A stretch of DNA of 64,000 bases, from assembly GCA_030651135.1 (NCBI GenBank), contig JAUSCS010000009.1, positions 22,844-86,843 on the forward strand. Reading direction: 5' to 3'. Both the position numbers and the translations under genes were made by a program. Source of the DNA: Candidatus Woesearchaeota archaeon. Its GTDB lineage: Archaea > Nanobdellota > Nanobdellia > Woesearchaeales > JACPBO01. The notes beneath the pieces were generated by a model. It did no database searches, was not told where the DNA came from, and was given only the letters and a program-made list of their open reading frames with translations. Shown here piece after piece: positions 56,048-64,000 of the stretch. The stretch's first letter is position 1, and each line of letters starts with the position of its first letter.

Positions 56048-56764
56048 TTAAATTTTAAATGCCTTGAAGAGCCATTCGAAAAAAGAAGTTATGCCGGAAC
56101 GCTGCTGATATGCTGCATTAGTAGCTTTATTGGCATCGCTTACAGCATCATTGCTTTTATTGAGAATTTTCTCCTCTGCTTTTTCTAGCTCGATGATCGG
56201 CTGCCTGACAACACCCACGGAACTGTTCGCAATTATTGAAAAATAGCTCAGATATCCGAAGCCAGGGACTTTTGCTTCGTAATATACATAATCTATGCTT
56301 TCTGCTATTCTTTTTGCCGGGAACTCCATCCACTTGTCCTTTTGGTTGTACCGCATAAGAACAATATTCGGGTCTTCGGCAAATCTTTCAAGCCATGATT
56401 TTTTGATTCTAAACTCAATCTTCAGGGATTCCATCTCAGCATCCCTTATGTTCGAGTTTACAACTTTGATGTGTTGGTATGCGCCAGCAGGCGCCCCTAT
56501 TCCTTCTTCAGGCTCTGCAAGCCTTTCAAGTTTCATGCTCGTATTCACAAATTCTTCTGTAAGCTCAAGGTGCATGTTGGTGAAAGCGATCTTATCAGTT
56601 GTTATTGACAATGTCGCGTCAGTAAAGCCCAGGATCGAAAACAAAAAAATCTGGTAGTTGTCCTTTGATATTCTGGGGGTTATTGTTATAGCAGAAACTA
56701 TTGATAAATTGATTAAAATCATGCAAAAAATTATTAAAAACAATTTATGGCTGTTTATTTTCAT
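56048..56764 (-). CDS. Secreted protein with N-terminal signal/anchor
   Basis: MKINSHKLFLIIFCMILINLSIVSA signal peptide. 238 aa, no recognised domain. Confidence 0.4.
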   Translation of the reverse strand: MKINSHKLFLIIFCMILINLSIVSAITITPRISKDNYQIFLFSILGFTDATLSITTDKIAFTNMHLELTEEFVNTSMKLERLAEPEEGIGAPAGAYQHIKVVNSNIRDAEMESLKIEFRIKKSWLERFAEDPNIVLMRYNQKDKWMEFPAKRIAESIDYVYYEAKVPGFGYLSYFSIIANSSVGVVRQPIIELEKAEEKILNKSNDAVSDANKATNAAYQQRSGITSFFEWLFKAFKI

Positions 56765-56839
56765 ACTTACCCCCTATTGCCCAAACCCCCTTTTATGAAG
56801 AAAATGCGGTCCAATTTAAAAATGTAATGCCGAAGATGC

Positions 56840-57187
56840 CTAGCTCCCATAATACGAGCTTTTCTTATAACCCAGCTTCAATCTCGCATCATCATATGCC
56901 TTATGATCCTCCAAGATTATCTCGATGAAATCTTTGTTTTGCTCTTTGATCAGTACAGCTCTCACATCAGAGGCTATTTTCCTGAAGAACACATACAAAT
57001 GCTTAAATTCCTTCTTTGAAGGGACAGAGCCAAGCTCCTTGTTTTCTTTGCATCTTCTGCACCACTCGATAAGGTCATTTAACATCCCTTCTTTTAATTT
57101 GACAATGTAATCATCAAAATTTTTGTTAAACTTTATTTGGTTTCCAAAGATCTCAAGCAATTTCTGCTTTGCTTTTTTGTCTTCCAT
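56840..57187 (-). CDS. Small helical protein, likely HEPN/DUF86-like partner of the upstream NTase
   Basis: 115 aa. Overlaps the end of the NTase gene 57153-58028 by 35 nt, like the other pairs. Confidence 0.3.
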   Translation of the reverse strand: MEDKKAKQKLLEIFGNQIKFNKNFDDYIVKLKEGMLNDLIEWCRRCKENKELGSVPSKKEFKHLYVFFRKIASDVRAVLIKEQNKDFIEIILEDHKAYDDARLKLGYKKSSYYGS

Positions 57188-58028
57188 AAATCATCTCCTC
57201 GTATGCGTTCTTGAATCTTACTAAATGGCTGTTTGGCTTGATGTTCTTAATCGATTCTTCAAGCGTTTTTATATAAGTATGGACTTCGACGTATAAATAT
57301 GTTTCTGAAAAAATATTTTTGCACAATTCTTTCATAAGCATATCGAGATGCTCTAGTTTGATTTTTGATGATATTTCTTTCAGCTCCCTGCCATTAAGCA
57401 GCCTGTTCCTGCAAAAAAGATTGTAATCGAAGACAAGCCTTCTTACAGACTCCGGCTTTTTTTCTTTCCTCATATGCTCAATTACTGCCTCATGGTATGT
57501 TCCCATCAGCCTTGATAAAGAGGGCTTTTTCTTCTTCGCGTTATTTGGTATCATGAAATTAGATGCTGAAATCAATGAAGCTGACTGAAATACAGGATTG
57601 GTTAATCTTTTCTCTGATAGGAAGATCACGTGCTTATTTTCATCCCATTTTTCCTTGTAGCCCTTTTTTGCAATGATAAAAACATCAATATCATTAAATT
57701 CCTTGGAGAACAAAAAAGAGCCGGCTATGAAGACTTTGTCGTGCTTCTTTGAATAGCCGTCTATGAGCTTCTTGGCTTCCGCTAATCTTGCCGGAATTAT
57801 TTCACTAGATCCACTAACCCAGTATTCTCTGTCCTTTTGTTCCCTTGAAAGCGAGTCGAGTGCTTCCATCTTCTTCTTCACAGATGTGTAAAGCGACTTT
57901 TTCTCGGCATTTGAAAGTCTAAGGCGATTACTGTACTTTTTCAGAACACTGAACTGTTTTTCTGTGAATATCAGAGGAACAAATAGCTCTTCTTTCTCCG
58001 CTACTATTTTTAATATTTTTTCATTCAT
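57153..58028 (-). CDS. Nucleotidyltransferase-domain protein
   Basis: KVFIAGSFLFSKEFNDIDVFIIA matches the GS...DxD motif. Confidence 0.5.
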   Translation of the reverse strand: MNEKILKIVAEKEELFVPLIFTEKQFSVLKKYSNRLRLSNAEKKSLYTSVKKKMEALDSLSREQKDREYWVSGSSEIIPARLAEAKKLIDGYSKKHDKVFIAGSFLFSKEFNDIDVFIIAKKGYKEKWDENKHVIFLSEKRLTNPVFQSASLISASNFMIPNNAKKKKPSLSRLMGTYHEAVIEHMRKEKKPESVRRLVFDYNLFCRNRLLNGRELKEISSKIKLEHLDMLMKELCKNIFSETYLYVEVHTYIKTLEESIKNIKPNSHLVRFKNAYEEMIYGRQKSKAEIA

Positions 58029-58107
58029 ATTACCTTATAAAGTAATACTTATATTTAAATATTTCGATTTTTCATTAAAAATATTAATAATTTTATTAGA
58101 AATGTAA

Positions 58108-58292
58108 TGCGGAGGAAGGGACTCTCAAATCCTGAGGATTTGCTTTTCCTCTGGGATATTCGAACCCTCGGACCCATTCCTTGCCAAGGCAACTCGCATG
58201 CCCAGACTCTAAGGGACAGGATGTCCTAGCTGGTCTTAAGTATCGCACCACATCTGAGTCCTGCGCGTTTGACCAGGCTTCGCTACCTCCGC
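58108..58292 (-). tRNA. tRNA-Leu (anticodon CAG) interrupted by probably three introns (anticodon loop, variable region, T-loop)
   Basis: Acceptor GCGGAGG/CCUCCGC 7/7, discriminator A. D-arm GCGA-AGCCUGGUCAA-ACGC. Anticodon stem CAGGA/UCCUG, loop CUCAGA, with a 30-nt insert before A38. A T-arm reading GAGGG-UUCGAAU-...-CCCUU forms only if a 37-nt insert (AUCCCAGAGG...GAGAGU) is removed. A further roughly 33 nt must leave the variable region to give a class-II Leu arm. Confidence 0.5.
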
Positions 58293-58341
58293 ATAATGCC
58301 TAGTCTTTAAACAGAAATAAGAAAACACTTTATAAAACTTT

Positions 58342-58890
58342 CTAAGCTTCTTCCTTGCAGTCCATGCACATCAGAACGCCGTCAAGATCCGTGACTTTCT
58401 CAGCGTATTTGCCGCATATCTGGCATACGCCTTCTGACGCCTTTCGCTTGCCTAATCGCTTTCTTTCCTCTTCTCTTATTTCGAATTTTTCAACCAGAAG
58501 ATCAAACAATTGCGGCTCTATTTTAAGTACATCTTTTAATGTAAGCAATCCGATGAATTTTTTACCGTAAATAACAGGCAAGTGCCTTATGTTTGAGTCT
58601 CTCATCTTAAGCAAAGCATCAAAAATATCTGCTTCAGGGCTGATTGACACCATATTTATTTCCATATAATCCCCGACTTTCGACTTAGAAGCATCAATGC
58701 CCTTCGCAACAGCTTTTCTGACAATGTCCTGCTCTGTTATTATGCCCTGCAATTCTTCTGCTTTTTTGATCAGCAATGCGCCAACATGCTTCTCAGCCAT
58801 GAGCTTGGCGCAATCCTGCAAACTCATTCCAGAAGTGATTGTAATTGGATTTTCCGTCATTGCATCGCAGACTTTAAAGCCGGTTTTCAT
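58342..58890 (-). CDS. CBS-pair protein with C-terminal zinc ribbon
   Basis: Two CBS motifs (VGALLIKK..., HLPVIYGKKFIGLLTLKDV) and a C-terminal CQICGKY...CMDCKEEA. Confidence 0.55.
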   Translation of the reverse strand: MKTGFKVCDAMTENPITITSGMSLQDCAKLMAEKHVGALLIKKAEELQGIITEQDIVRKAVAKGIDASKSKVGDYMEINMVSISPEADIFDALLKMRDSNIRHLPVIYGKKFIGLLTLKDVLKIEPQLFDLLVEKFEIREEERKRLGKRKASEGVCQICGKYAEKVTDLDGVLMCMDCKEEA

Positions 58891-58901
58891 TTAGTTCACC
58901 T

Positions 58902-60824
58902 TTAATAGTTTACCATAACCTCGACATCCTTGCCGAAAAATGATTTAAGGCTCTCAAATAATGGCTCTTTTATAAACACGCGCGGAGGGATTTTTTCATT
59001 CACAAGTGCTTTTTCCATTTCTTCAATTGAAGACTCTTTTGCTGCGCCCAAGCTGCCGTCTTTGTTTATAATGGCTTTTGTAATTTCCTTCTGCTCAGCA
59101 TCTATGTCATGAATGATAAACGCTTCCTTTTCGAGCAGCAAAACTTCGCCGAACTTTGTTCCGTGTTTCACTCTCACTCTGGCTTTCTCTATTTCCAGGC
59201 CGCGCTTTCTCTGGATGTATTCGATCAGGAACTTTATGAAAGAAGAGGAATCTTTCTTTACCTTTTCAACTTCCACTTTTGTGAGCTTCTTTTCATCATA
59301 ATCTTTTTTTGCCTTTATTATTTCATTCAATATTCTCAAAAATTTTGCAGGAATCTTCCCTTCAGCTATAAGCTTGTCCTCAAACATACTGACAATTTCA
59401 ACATCTGCAACTTTTTCAACGCCCTCTAATTTTAATATGTCCCTTATCATGGTTACAATCGTGTCATAAATGCGGACCATGTCTTCTTCTTCCTTTATCT
59501 TTTCTATCTGGCCGAATAATTTTTTTATTCTTTTAAGGTAATCTTCTGCATTTGTCAGCAGCTCGTCAAGCTCTTTTCCTGTGAGTGATTTTTTTGTTCC
59601 GTGCTCAAGCTCTTTTCTGACCTGGATATTCTTCTCTAAAAGCTTGATGTATTTCTCTTCAAGCATCTTTTCCTTATCAACAAATATTTCCTTCATCAAT
59701 GCAGGAGTTTCCTTAGGAGTTGGAGGCGGTATGCCAAAAAGCATCAGTGCAGCCTGGCTTGGAGTAAGTATTGCATAATAGATGTCTTCCATTCCCAGAT
59801 CCTGCAGCCTGAAATGAACTCGCTTCAGCATTTCTTCGCCTGATGACATGAACATATCAATTGCCTCTGCGCTTGGCTTTATCTTGCCCATTTTCAATAA
59901 TTGCTTCCAGGGCATAAAGATGCCCCTGTCGTAGAATGGAACACCGTCTCTGAGCAATGTGAATATTATTGGGTTTGCCTCTTTCAGGCTGTCCCAGAAA
60001 TCTGTCAGAATGTAAACCTGGATGTTCAGCTTGTTTTTAACCCCGGTTATATCGCCTGCTTCAATTCCCATGCCGATTATTATCGCCCTTAATTTGTCTT
60101 TCAATTCTGCCCTTGTCATCCGCTTGACATCTGTGTCATCAATTACAACCCAGACATCAATGTCAGATGTTTTTGTTGCCCTGCCCTGAACTAATGAGCC
60201 TGCCAAAACATAAGAAACAATGTAGCGCTCGAATTTCTTCAGCACCATTGATTTGTGTATTTCGGCTATTTTTATTGCTGAAAGCATTCCAAGATCATAA
60301 ACAGGGGCAGACATTGCAATAAGCTGCAATAAGTCATATTTTGCATCATAGCAGCTCTGCCAAAGCTCCGACAGAATCACTATTTCAGGAGTCAAAGACT
60401 TGTCAACATCCTCGGCCATCTTTGTTATTATTGCAGAAAGCTTTGTTGCCAGCTCCTGCTTTGACATCTTCTGGCTGTCAGAATCATCAACCAATACAAG
60501 AACATTTATTTTTTCTGTACCTTCTTTTTTCTCTTCCTGTTTTTCACTGGTTTTTTCTTTTGGATCAATATATTCTTCTGGCTGCGCCTGAGTAGGTTTT
60601 TCCTCGCCTTTCCTCTGCGGCGGCAGCAATGCGATCCCCATGATATATTTGTCGAACTTTTTAAGAACTTCTTTCTGGAACCTGTCAATCTTTTCCTTTA
60701 TTTCCTTTATCTTTTCCTGGGCTTCTTTTGGGAGATTTTCAGGGATCTTTAATGCCAATTCATTACCTGATTTTTGCTTCTCTTCAGAATTTTTTTTATT
60801 TTCCTTTTCTTCTTTCTTTGCCAT
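58902..60824 (-). CDS. Large (640 aa) protein with two nucleotidyltransferase-like modules and helical domains
   Basis: Lys/Glu-rich N-terminus. A first degenerate NTase (INVLVLVDDSDS). A second clear NTase (AGSLVQGRATKTSDIDVWVVIDD), each followed by helical segments. Confidence 0.4.
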   Translation of the reverse strand: MAKKEEKENKKNSEEKQKSGNELALKIPENLPKEAQEKIKEIKEKIDRFQKEVLKKFDKYIMGIALLPPQRKGEEKPTQAQPEEYIDPKEKTSEKQEEKKEGTEKINVLVLVDDSDSQKMSKQELATKLSAIITKMAEDVDKSLTPEIVILSELWQSCYDAKYDLLQLIAMSAPVYDLGMLSAIKIAEIHKSMVLKKFERYIVSYVLAGSLVQGRATKTSDIDVWVVIDDTDVKRMTRAELKDKLRAIIIGMGIEAGDITGVKNKLNIQVYILTDFWDSLKEANPIIFTLLRDGVPFYDRGIFMPWKQLLKMGKIKPSAEAIDMFMSSGEEMLKRVHFRLQDLGMEDIYYAILTPSQAALMLFGIPPPTPKETPALMKEIFVDKEKMLEEKYIKLLEKNIQVRKELEHGTKKSLTGKELDELLTNAEDYLKRIKKLFGQIEKIKEEEDMVRIYDTIVTMIRDILKLEGVEKVADVEIVSMFEDKLIAEGKIPAKFLRILNEIIKAKKDYDEKKLTKVEVEKVKKDSSSFIKFLIEYIQRKRGLEIEKARVRVKHGTKFGEVLLLEKEAFIIHDIDAEQKEITKAIINKDGSLGAAKESSIEEMEKALVNEKIPPRVFIKEPLFESLKSFFGKDVEVMVNY

Positions 60825-60999
60825 TTAAAGACCCACCCTTAAAGAGAACTAATAAGCGATTGTTTATAAATATTATGGTTTTATTGATTTTGAGATTTTC
60901 ATAATTTTAATTCCATAAAAAACAAAACATATATATAGAAGTGATGACTTAGGAATGGTATTAATTAAACTTAAAAATAACGATAAAAGGTGATGAAAG

Positions 61000-61665
61000 A
61001 TGGCTGGACAAAAATACAAATATGAAGAAGAACATAAAAAGATTTATCATAAGATGTTAGAAGCAATTCCTTTAAAAGATTACATAAAACAAACAAAAAA
61101 ACACGGAGATGCTTGGACATCGGCTTTAGAAGTTTTAAAGGGAAAGGGTGTGGCTCATATTGATGATGGAATTGAACTTTTAACTGATGCAGTAATAGCA
61201 TATAGAAGGGCAGCAAATCTGCCTTTTAGCGATGACCCTAAGCACAGACATTATGTTGTATCTGAAATCAGGCACATTCTTAATGATAGGGAATTTTCAA
61301 AAGGGCTCGGTGAAGACCCTGAAAAAATGTTAAAAGAGGGAAATGCTCACATTATATTAACCCAAATATTACAACTGGAAAAAGACAGAGATTTAGAAGG
61401 AAAGTTAGATTATGAAATGAGAAAAATATTATCGCCTGATAAAGATTTTGATTTTTACCACGGAATAGCTCATTATTATGCAAGTCTACGTCCGACACTA
61501 AGGTTCAGTAAAGGGAAGCTTACTAAGATGTCTTCGCAGGAAGGAATAGTTGGCGCCATAAAATCTGCATATAAGCAAGAAATTAGCAACCAGTTGGAAG
61601 ATCATAAAACAGATGAAGGGTATAAAACAAAGAAAAGAGGTACAACTGATGAGGATACTCACTAG
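61000..61665 (+). CDS. Hypothetical soluble protein
   Basis: 221-aa ORF. No motif recognised. Confidence 0.35.
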   Translation: MAGQKYKYEEEHKKIYHKMLEAIPLKDYIKQTKKHGDAWTSALEVLKGKGVAHIDDGIELLTDAVIAYRRAANLPFSDDPKHRHYVVSEIRHILNDREFSKGLGEDPEKMLKEGNAHIILTQILQLEKDRDLEGKLDYEMRKILSPDKDFDFYHGIAHYYASLRPTLRFSKGKLTKMSSQEGIVGAIKSAYKQEISNQLEDHKTDEGYKTKKRGTTDEDTH

Positions 61666-61676
61666 TGGTAGCCCAA

Positions 61677-62522
61677 TTATTTTTCTTTTTCCATTTCATC
61701 CATTGTTCTGATCAAAAAAACCCTTGATACCGTAAAATAAGGCAGAAAGATCGCCAAAAATAAAATAATCGCCAGCAGATAATTTATTGCAAGGGAGTAT
61801 TTCAATATTAAAACAATCAAAAACAAAATAAAGATCAAAATCAAATAAATGGAAAAGGCATATTTTATTTTTTTAATGCCAACTATGAAGATCTTTTTTA
61901 TTAATTCTTTTAAACTATATCTCTGAATAATGGAATAAGCCATAATTATAAAATAAAAAAATATAATAAAAACAACCACAGAAATGGCAATAGTTGTATT
62001 CTGCGGGACTGCAATCACCGATGTCATGCTGCGGCGTATGGAATCAAAAGATATTACTGAAATCAACGAAGCAACTAAAAATAAAATAAAGCTGATCAAT
62101 GAAAACTTCATAAAAAAATTAAAAAATCTTGCCTTGATCTTCAGCATTTTATTTGCAATAATCCAGTTTATTGACTGCAGAATGCACCATGCTATGAATA
62201 AAAATAAAGCAAAAATAAAAGCCGACTGCATAATTGTATTCAAATTCTGATTCACCAGTGCATTTTGGGTAGAGAAATCAGGCTGAATAACAGATCCTGG
62301 GTTGACTGAGATCTGCTGGGCTATTGCAGAGTACTGGTTCAGTATCGGAATGAGTATTTTCAGCGAGTCAAATATTTTTTTAACTGTAAAGCCAAGCATA
62401 CCAAAAGAAAAGAGCAAAAATAAAAGATCGAGAAAAACCGAGAGAATGAATAAAAGAGAGTTTTTTCTTATAGCCTGGAATGTTGCTTTGAGGCTTTTGG
62501 TCAAGAGGGTTGTGAGGGTCAT
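61677..62522 (-). CDS. Polytopic membrane protein
   Basis: Seven or more hydrophobic helices. Ile/Phe-rich. Confidence 0.4.
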   Translation of the reverse strand: MTLTTLLTKSLKATFQAIRKNSLLFILSVFLDLLFLLFSFGMLGFTVKKIFDSLKILIPILNQYSAIAQQISVNPGSVIQPDFSTQNALVNQNLNTIMQSAFIFALFLFIAWCILQSINWIIANKMLKIKARFFNFFMKFSLISFILFLVASLISVISFDSIRRSMTSVIAVPQNTTIAISVVVFIIFFYFIIMAYSIIQRYSLKELIKKIFIVGIKKIKYAFSIYLILIFILFLIVLILKYSLAINYLLAIILFLAIFLPYFTVSRVFLIRTMDEMEKEK

Positions 62523-62529
62523 TGTAAGA

Positions 62530-64000
62530 TTAAGGTGATTGGCAGCAGATTTGGCCAGAATCGCATTTACCAGTATCAGCTAAATCAGTTAATTGCGTAA
62601 ATGAAGTAGGACATGCTCCGCTATTTTCAGGCGGAAGACAAACTCCTTTTTTAGCAGGATTGCTCTTATCACTACATTCCTTTTCCCAGACATAAGCTGT
62701 TATTATTTGTGAAAAAGCCTCTGCATTTGCTGGAGCAACCAATGCTTTGCCTTGAAATGTGTGTTTGTCATTTAAAGTGGGTGTCCAACTATAGGTGCTT
62801 GTTTTCTTGTCTGTAGTAGATATGACTGTAGGGGTAGGTGGTTGCAGATTGTTAATAATTACATAAGCACTGTTCATATCGCTGCTTGTTGTTAGTTTAA
62901 TTTCATAGCTTCCGGGTTTTTTTAATAAAATCGGACTTGTTGACTTACCATCAACAGTGAAAGAACTAACAGTTGCCGAAACTGTTTGACCGGTTCCTTG
63001 AGCAGCAGGATCGCATATAACTTTGAAATTCACTGATTTTTCCTGAATTGCTCCGTTATATGTTGTTTTTTGCTCAGAAGGAACATACTGTTCCGTGGCT
63101 GTATCTTTTTTATAGTCATATAATGCGAATACAGCATTCCATGGCTGTTCTTTATTGTCGCAATTAAAGCTAGAGTCGATTGTGGTTGTCTGGGCTGCCT
63201 GAGGGTTATAATTAAATATTGTTGAAGCATCGGTGCTTGGTTTGTCATTTATATAAACCTGAATATTTGCACTGCAAGTTACTTTTTTATTTAAAAAATC
63301 ATAAGTGCAATCTGTTATTTTATCAGCCGCTACTGATGATGTGAAAGTTGGAGGAGGACCATCAGAATAAGCACCAGTTCTATATCCAAATTTATCTGAA
63401 GCTTTATTATAAACTAGTTCAAAAGCATCATTGCATTGCATTAAATTAGGATTGATTGAAATAGAACTCGCTGAAATCTTTCCGCCGCTGGTTATTTTAT
63501 TGGCATCATAAGCTACATTGGTGATTTGCACACACCCAGTTGTTGAAGTTGGTGTTGAGGCTTTTCTTCTGAACATGTCTTCCGTTATTATAACATCAGG
63601 CAATGTAAATTGATGCTGCTTATTCTCAGAAAGCAGTTTTACTGGTTGATTTGGTGCATTATTGCCGCTGCTCATCTCAGGAATTACAACGCCATTCTGG
63701 TTTGTTACAGTCCATCTCAATTGTTTTGTATAAGAGCAGAACTCTCCAGCTCCGCCAGCGCAATATTCATATTGGCGCTCTTTCGCATCTGTAGGCAGTT
63801 GCTGCGCTATTCTCGCAGATACTTGCAACTTCTCATCTTTTTTGAAAGGCTCTGCTTTTACATAAGGATCGCCATCAAAATACGCCTCTCCTATGTTTTG
63901 GCCGATGTTCAATCTGCACAGATAGCTCGCAGTTCCTATGTCAAAGCTGCAGAATGCCGGCGGATTTCCGCCTTCCTGCGTTATGCTGCATTCCTGCTTG
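62530..64000 (-). CDS. Large secreted Thr/Ser/Cys-rich surface protein, N-terminus probably beyond the window end
   Basis: The ORF is open to the window edge. Thr/Ser-rich repeats with paired Cys (e.g. CDSGQICCQSP) suggest an extracellular adhesin or S-layer-like protein. Confidence 0.4.
   Translation of the reverse strand, partial: KQECSITQEGGNPPAFCSFDIGTASYLCRLNIGQNIGEAYFDGDPYVKAEPFKKDEKLQVSARIAQQLPTDAKERQYEYCAGGAGEFCSYTKQLRWTVTNQNGVVIPEMSSGNNAPNQPVKLLSENKQHQFTLPDVIITEDMFRRKASTPTSTTGCVQITNVAYDANKITSGGKISASSISINPNLMQCNDAFELVYNKASDKFGYRTGAYSDGPPPTFTSSVAADKITDCTYDFLNKKVTCSANIQVYINDKPSTDASTIFNYNPQAAQTTTIDSSFNCDNKEQPWNAVFALYDYKKDTATEQYVPSEQKTTYNGAIQEKSVNFKVICDPAAQGTGQTVSATVSSFTVDGKSTSPILLKKPGSYEIKLTTSSDMNSAYVIINNLQPPTPTVISTTDKKTSTYSWTPTLNDKHTFQGKALVAPANAEAFSQIITAYVWEKECSDKSNPAKKGVCLPPENSGACPTSFTQLTDLADTGKCDSGQICCQSP

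Noticed and set aside
58100-58300. Considered whether this GC-rich 185-nt structured segment is an SRP RNA or RNase P RNA fragment
   Set aside because: It is too short for either, and none of the conserved SRP helix-8 or RNase P P4 motifs are present. A canonical tRNA acceptor, D-arm and anticodon arm are present instead.
1-64000. Searched by eye for CRISPR arrays, rRNA genes, transposase or integrase genes and long terminal inverted repeats
   Set aside because: No run of regularly spaced identical repeats, no rRNA-like conserved stretches, and no DDE/tyrosine-recombinase-like translations were found. The only repeat tract, at 27082-27153, is an irregular AT-rich heptamer run, not CRISPR-like.

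Overview
This 64 kb window is AT-rich (about one-third GC) and looks archaeal. The archaeal assignment rests on a TFS/RpoM-type zinc-ribbon factor, a Sec11-type signal peptidase, Elp3, AMP phosphorylase, a PurO plus short-PurH arrangement, and tRNAs interrupted by introns, so I read it as a mesophilic, DPANN/Asgard-like archaeon. The core content falls into five groups. (i) A thymidylate/folate trio thyA-folA-glyA at 7.5-10.1 kb, with a dCMP deaminase and a P-loop nucleotide kinase just upstream. (ii) An Hsp70 operon grpE-dnaK-(HD hydrolase)-dnaJ at 11.5-17 kb, with a divergent wHTH regulator and a perfect palindromic operator. (iii) A long minus-strand purine-biosynthesis block at 34.9-49.9 kb: purN, purD, purB, purC, purH (AICAR transformylase domain only), purO, purE-like, purM-like, guaA, purQ, purL and a tandem PurS-like gene. 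(iv) AMP phosphorylase and an AI-2E family permease. (v) Three intron-containing tRNA genes on the minus strand: Val-GAC with an 80-nt intron, a Thr-GGU-like gene with an 11-nt intron, and a Leu-CAG gene that appears to carry three introns. Between these lie accessory-looking stretches at 19-34 kb and 50-61 kb. They hold at least five HEPN/minimal-nucleotidyltransferase (MNT) gene pairs with repeat operators, TrmB/Lrp/RHH regulators, two YkgJ-type CxxCxxCC proteins, an atypical kinase, a B12-like radical-SAM enzyme with an Elp3-type Cx4Cx2C motif, a decayed P-type ATPase, a 640-aa protein with two NTase domains next to a CBS/zinc-ribbon protein, and a compositionally foreign three-gene cassette (32.7-33.7 kb) of unknown function. 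I found no CRISPR array, rRNA or recognisable transposase. All calls come from reading the translations and sequence by eye. Nothing was run against a database.
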